Below, in pieces: positions 16,580 to 18,568 of a stretch of DNA of 18,568 bases (within the stretch, counting starts at the first letter, position 1; each line of letters starts with the position of its first letter). A program made the position numbers and the translations under genes. The notes under the pieces are model-generated. The model saw only the letters and a list, made by a program, of their open reading frames with translations. It was not told the DNA's origin and did not search any database. Origin of the DNA: Archangiaceae bacterium (GTDB taxonomy: Bacteria > Myxococcota > Myxococcia > Myxococcales > Myxococcaceae); assembly GCA_043750125.1 (NCBI GenBank), contig JAYVCD010000396.1, positions 1 to 18,568 of the forward strand, written 5' to 3'.

Positions 16580-16699
16580 GCGCGCCGCAGAGTGCGAAAA
16601 GGGCGGACCGCTGGCGGCGGCTCAACTGCCTGCGCGTCGGCCTCTCACTGTTCGGTTGGCTCGCCGCGCTCAAGGCGCTGCCTTCCTGAGCACCCGCGC

Positions 16700-17257
16700 C
16701 TACGAAGGGCGGCCCGGGTCCGCGTGACGCAGCTTGCTGCGCGCCGCGAGGATCTGCTGACGCAGCCCATCGGCCTGGCGCGCGAGATCCTCGAAGTCCT
16801 CGCCTTTGGCGATCTCGGCCAGACCCTGCGCCTTCGCCGCCAGCTCGCCCATTTCCAGATGGAGATCAACCCCTGGAGCTCCGGCGGCCGACGAGGCTTG
16901 AAGCTTGTCGTTGAGCGCAGCGGCGCCCACCCCCAATCCTTGAAACTGATCGAGCAGCGCCTGAAAGGCCTTCGCGCGCCGGTTGATCTCCTCGGCCTTC
17001 GCTCTCACGACGTCGACCTGAGCCATCTGACGATCGCGCACGTGGGCAATCGCGGTGACGAGCACTTGAACCTGTTGGCCGAGCGTCGCCTCGACGTCGG
17101 CCAGCTCGTTGAGCATTCGAGTCGCCCGTTCCAGATTCTTCTGCGAGTTGAGCGCGAGCTTTCGGAAGCTGGCCGTCCCTTCTTCGAAGCGCACCAGCTG
17201 CGAGTCGAGCGAGACCGCGGCGTTGATCAGCTCAGACTTCGATTCGTGTCTGGACAT
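16700..17257 (-). CDS. Hypothetical alpha-helical coiled-coil protein (myxobacterial type)
   Basis: ATG 17257, 185 aa. Heptad-like A/L/E/Q/R-rich sequence (SELINAAVSLDSQL..F...LNSQKNLERA...DLARQADGLRQQILAARSKL). Strong GC3 bias. Confidence 0.75.
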   Translation of the reverse strand: MSRHESKSELINAAVSLDSQLVRFEEGTASFRKLALNSQKNLERATRMLNELADVEATLGQQVQVLVTAIAHVRDRQMAQVDVVRAKAEEINRRAKAFQALLDQFQGLGVGAAALNDKLQASSAAGAPGVDLHLEMGELAAKAQGLAEIAKGEDFEDLARQADGLRQQILAARSKLRHADPGRPS

Positions 17258-17346
17258 GCGATTTTTCAGCCTTTGCCACGAAACGGTGGAAGTGAGCACG
17301 ATCACTTTCGCGGCAGCACGGAGCAAAGAGGCGATCAAGGCTTTCG

Positions 17347-17553
17347 TGGGTCGTCACCAACGGCACCATCACTCTCCAAGCCGGAGCGACGGTGCGCGAG
17401 AGCATCATCGACATCGGAGGGACCCCGAAGATCCACCCCCAGGCAATCGTGAAAGGCAGCCGAATCGTGATCGACGACGCAATCCACCTCACCGGCGACG
17501 ACGGCCGACACGGGTGCCCCGTGGAAGAGCTGCGAGGCCACGCAGAGCGCTGA
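17347..17553 (+). pseudogene. Fragment resembling a bactofilin-like (polymer-forming) beta-helix repeat
   Basis: Reads VVTNGTITLQAGATVRESIIDIGGTPKIHPQAIVKGSRIVIDDAIHLTGDDG. No credible start or N-terminus. Confidence 0.35.
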
Positions 17554-17670
17554 GAGTGTTTTGACCCTCACCGCGATTGCCGTGTCCCAGGAATGGGGGG
17601 CCGGGGGTCCAAGGGGTCGCTGCAAACTCTTCTCGGCGCCGTGGGGCCAGGGCCACGGCAGGAAACTTTC

Positions 17671-18126
17671 ATGAAACGTCTTTTGGCGATGGGTGCGGTG
17701 ACCCTGGTGCTGGGTGCGTGCAGCACCGGCGGGGGCAGTGGAATCGGTGGCGGAATGGGCGGTGGAGTGGGCGGGGGGACGGCCTGCGGTGCGGCCGCCA
17801 AGCCCGGGGAACCCGGCGATGGTGCCCTCCGGGGATGCTCAGGCTGCGCGGTCCAGGCGCCCGTCTGTCAGGCGCCGTCGGAATACACCGTCAGCGTGTC
17901 CTGTCACCCAGGTCCCGATGGCGGTGAATACGCCGTCAATGGCGTCGCTGGATCCTGGTGTTACGCGACGCCCTCTGGATGTGGATCGACACCGACCTGC
18001 GCCTGCCTGCTTCAATTCGGAGTTTTTCGCCACGACGGCGGCGGCCTGAGCTGCCCGGGGAATTACTGGAATTGCTTCGATGGTACTGCGGGCGGGCCCT
18101 CGAACCTCCACTGCAACCCACCCTGA
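17671..18126 (+). CDS. Small Cys-rich lipoprotein
   Basis: MKRLLAMGAVTLVLGAC lipobox, Gly linker, and a Cys-rich domain including CYATPSGCGSTPTCACL. 151 aa. Confidence 0.8.
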   Translation: MKRLLAMGAVTLVLGACSTGGGSGIGGGMGGGVGGGTACGAAAKPGEPGDGALRGCSGCAVQAPVCQAPSEYTVSVSCHPGPDGGEYAVNGVAGSWCYATPSGCGSTPTCACLLQFGVFRHDGGGLSCPGNYWNCFDGTAGGPSNLHCNPP

Positions 18127-18164
18127 TTCGTCGCGGAGCAGTTTTCGCTGACGCGGGTGCGCTC

Positions 18165-18547
18165 TCAGAAACTCAGGCTGAGCCCAGATGGCGTGAAGAC
18201 TGCGTCGTCGTGGTGGATCAGCGCGTCGATCACGCCCAACGCGCAAAGAGCGTAAAACGCGATCCCTGAAGCAAATTTCACCACCGACAGCGCGTTCGCC
18301 TCGGTGGCTCGTTGCGACGGAATTGCCCGCACTGTCAGCGGGGTCGTCGCCCCGAGCAGGAGCTCCGTCGATGCGAAAAAACACCCTCGCGAACCCTCCC
18401 TTGATGAAACTGCCCGGCGCCGAACGGAACGAAGTCCAAGAGGTAGCTGCGCGACTCAACCGCAACCACCAGCGGAAAAACCTCGGGCGTCTGCCTGCCA
18501 TCAGAGCCGGCGCCTGCCAGAAGAATCGAAACAGCCGCTGCCAGCAT
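18165..18547 (-). pseudogene. Frameshifted myxobacterial membrane / outer-membrane-type protein
   Basis: Frame 1 reads RSYLLDFVPFGAGQFHQGRVREGVF. Adding one base to the A6 run at 18376-18381 continues as FASTELLLGAT...VKFASGIAFYALCALGVIDALIHH...GLSLSF*, ending in a C-terminal Phe. Confidence 0.65.
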
Positions 18548-18568
18548 TCCCGCAACGTATCAATGATT

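Overview
GC-rich bacterial DNA whose gene content (DAG-repeat lipoproteins, a DUF1592/DUF1552 pair, Gly-rich linkers) points to a myxobacterium (Myxococcota; inference). The left half (1-10.7 kb) is a block of secreted or lipoprotein genes: a 5'-truncated beta-helix protein, a Cys-repeat propeller-like lipoprotein, a clan GH-A (DUF5722-like) hydrolase interrupted by one in-frame TAG, and a translationally coupled operon of DUF1592-type CxxCH protein, Tat-exported DUF1552 protein and beta-helix lipoprotein. The centre (10.9-15.1 kb) is a TetR-centred divergon: alpha/beta hydrolase plus AlkK-like acyl-CoA ligase on one side, tetR plus a lipoprotein version of an extracellular mcl-PHA depolymerase (phaZ) on the other, with twin GAAC-N4-GTTC sites between them. 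This looks like a complete PHA (bioplastic or prey storage polymer) scavenging module. It is followed by a non-coding element of about 430 nt built from nested inverted repeats, three 33-34 nt direct repeats, several gene remnants, a coiled-coil protein and a small Cys-rich lipoprotein. No rRNA, tRNA, CRISPR array, transposase or reverse transcriptase was recognised. All family calls come from motif recognition and memory; no database search was run.
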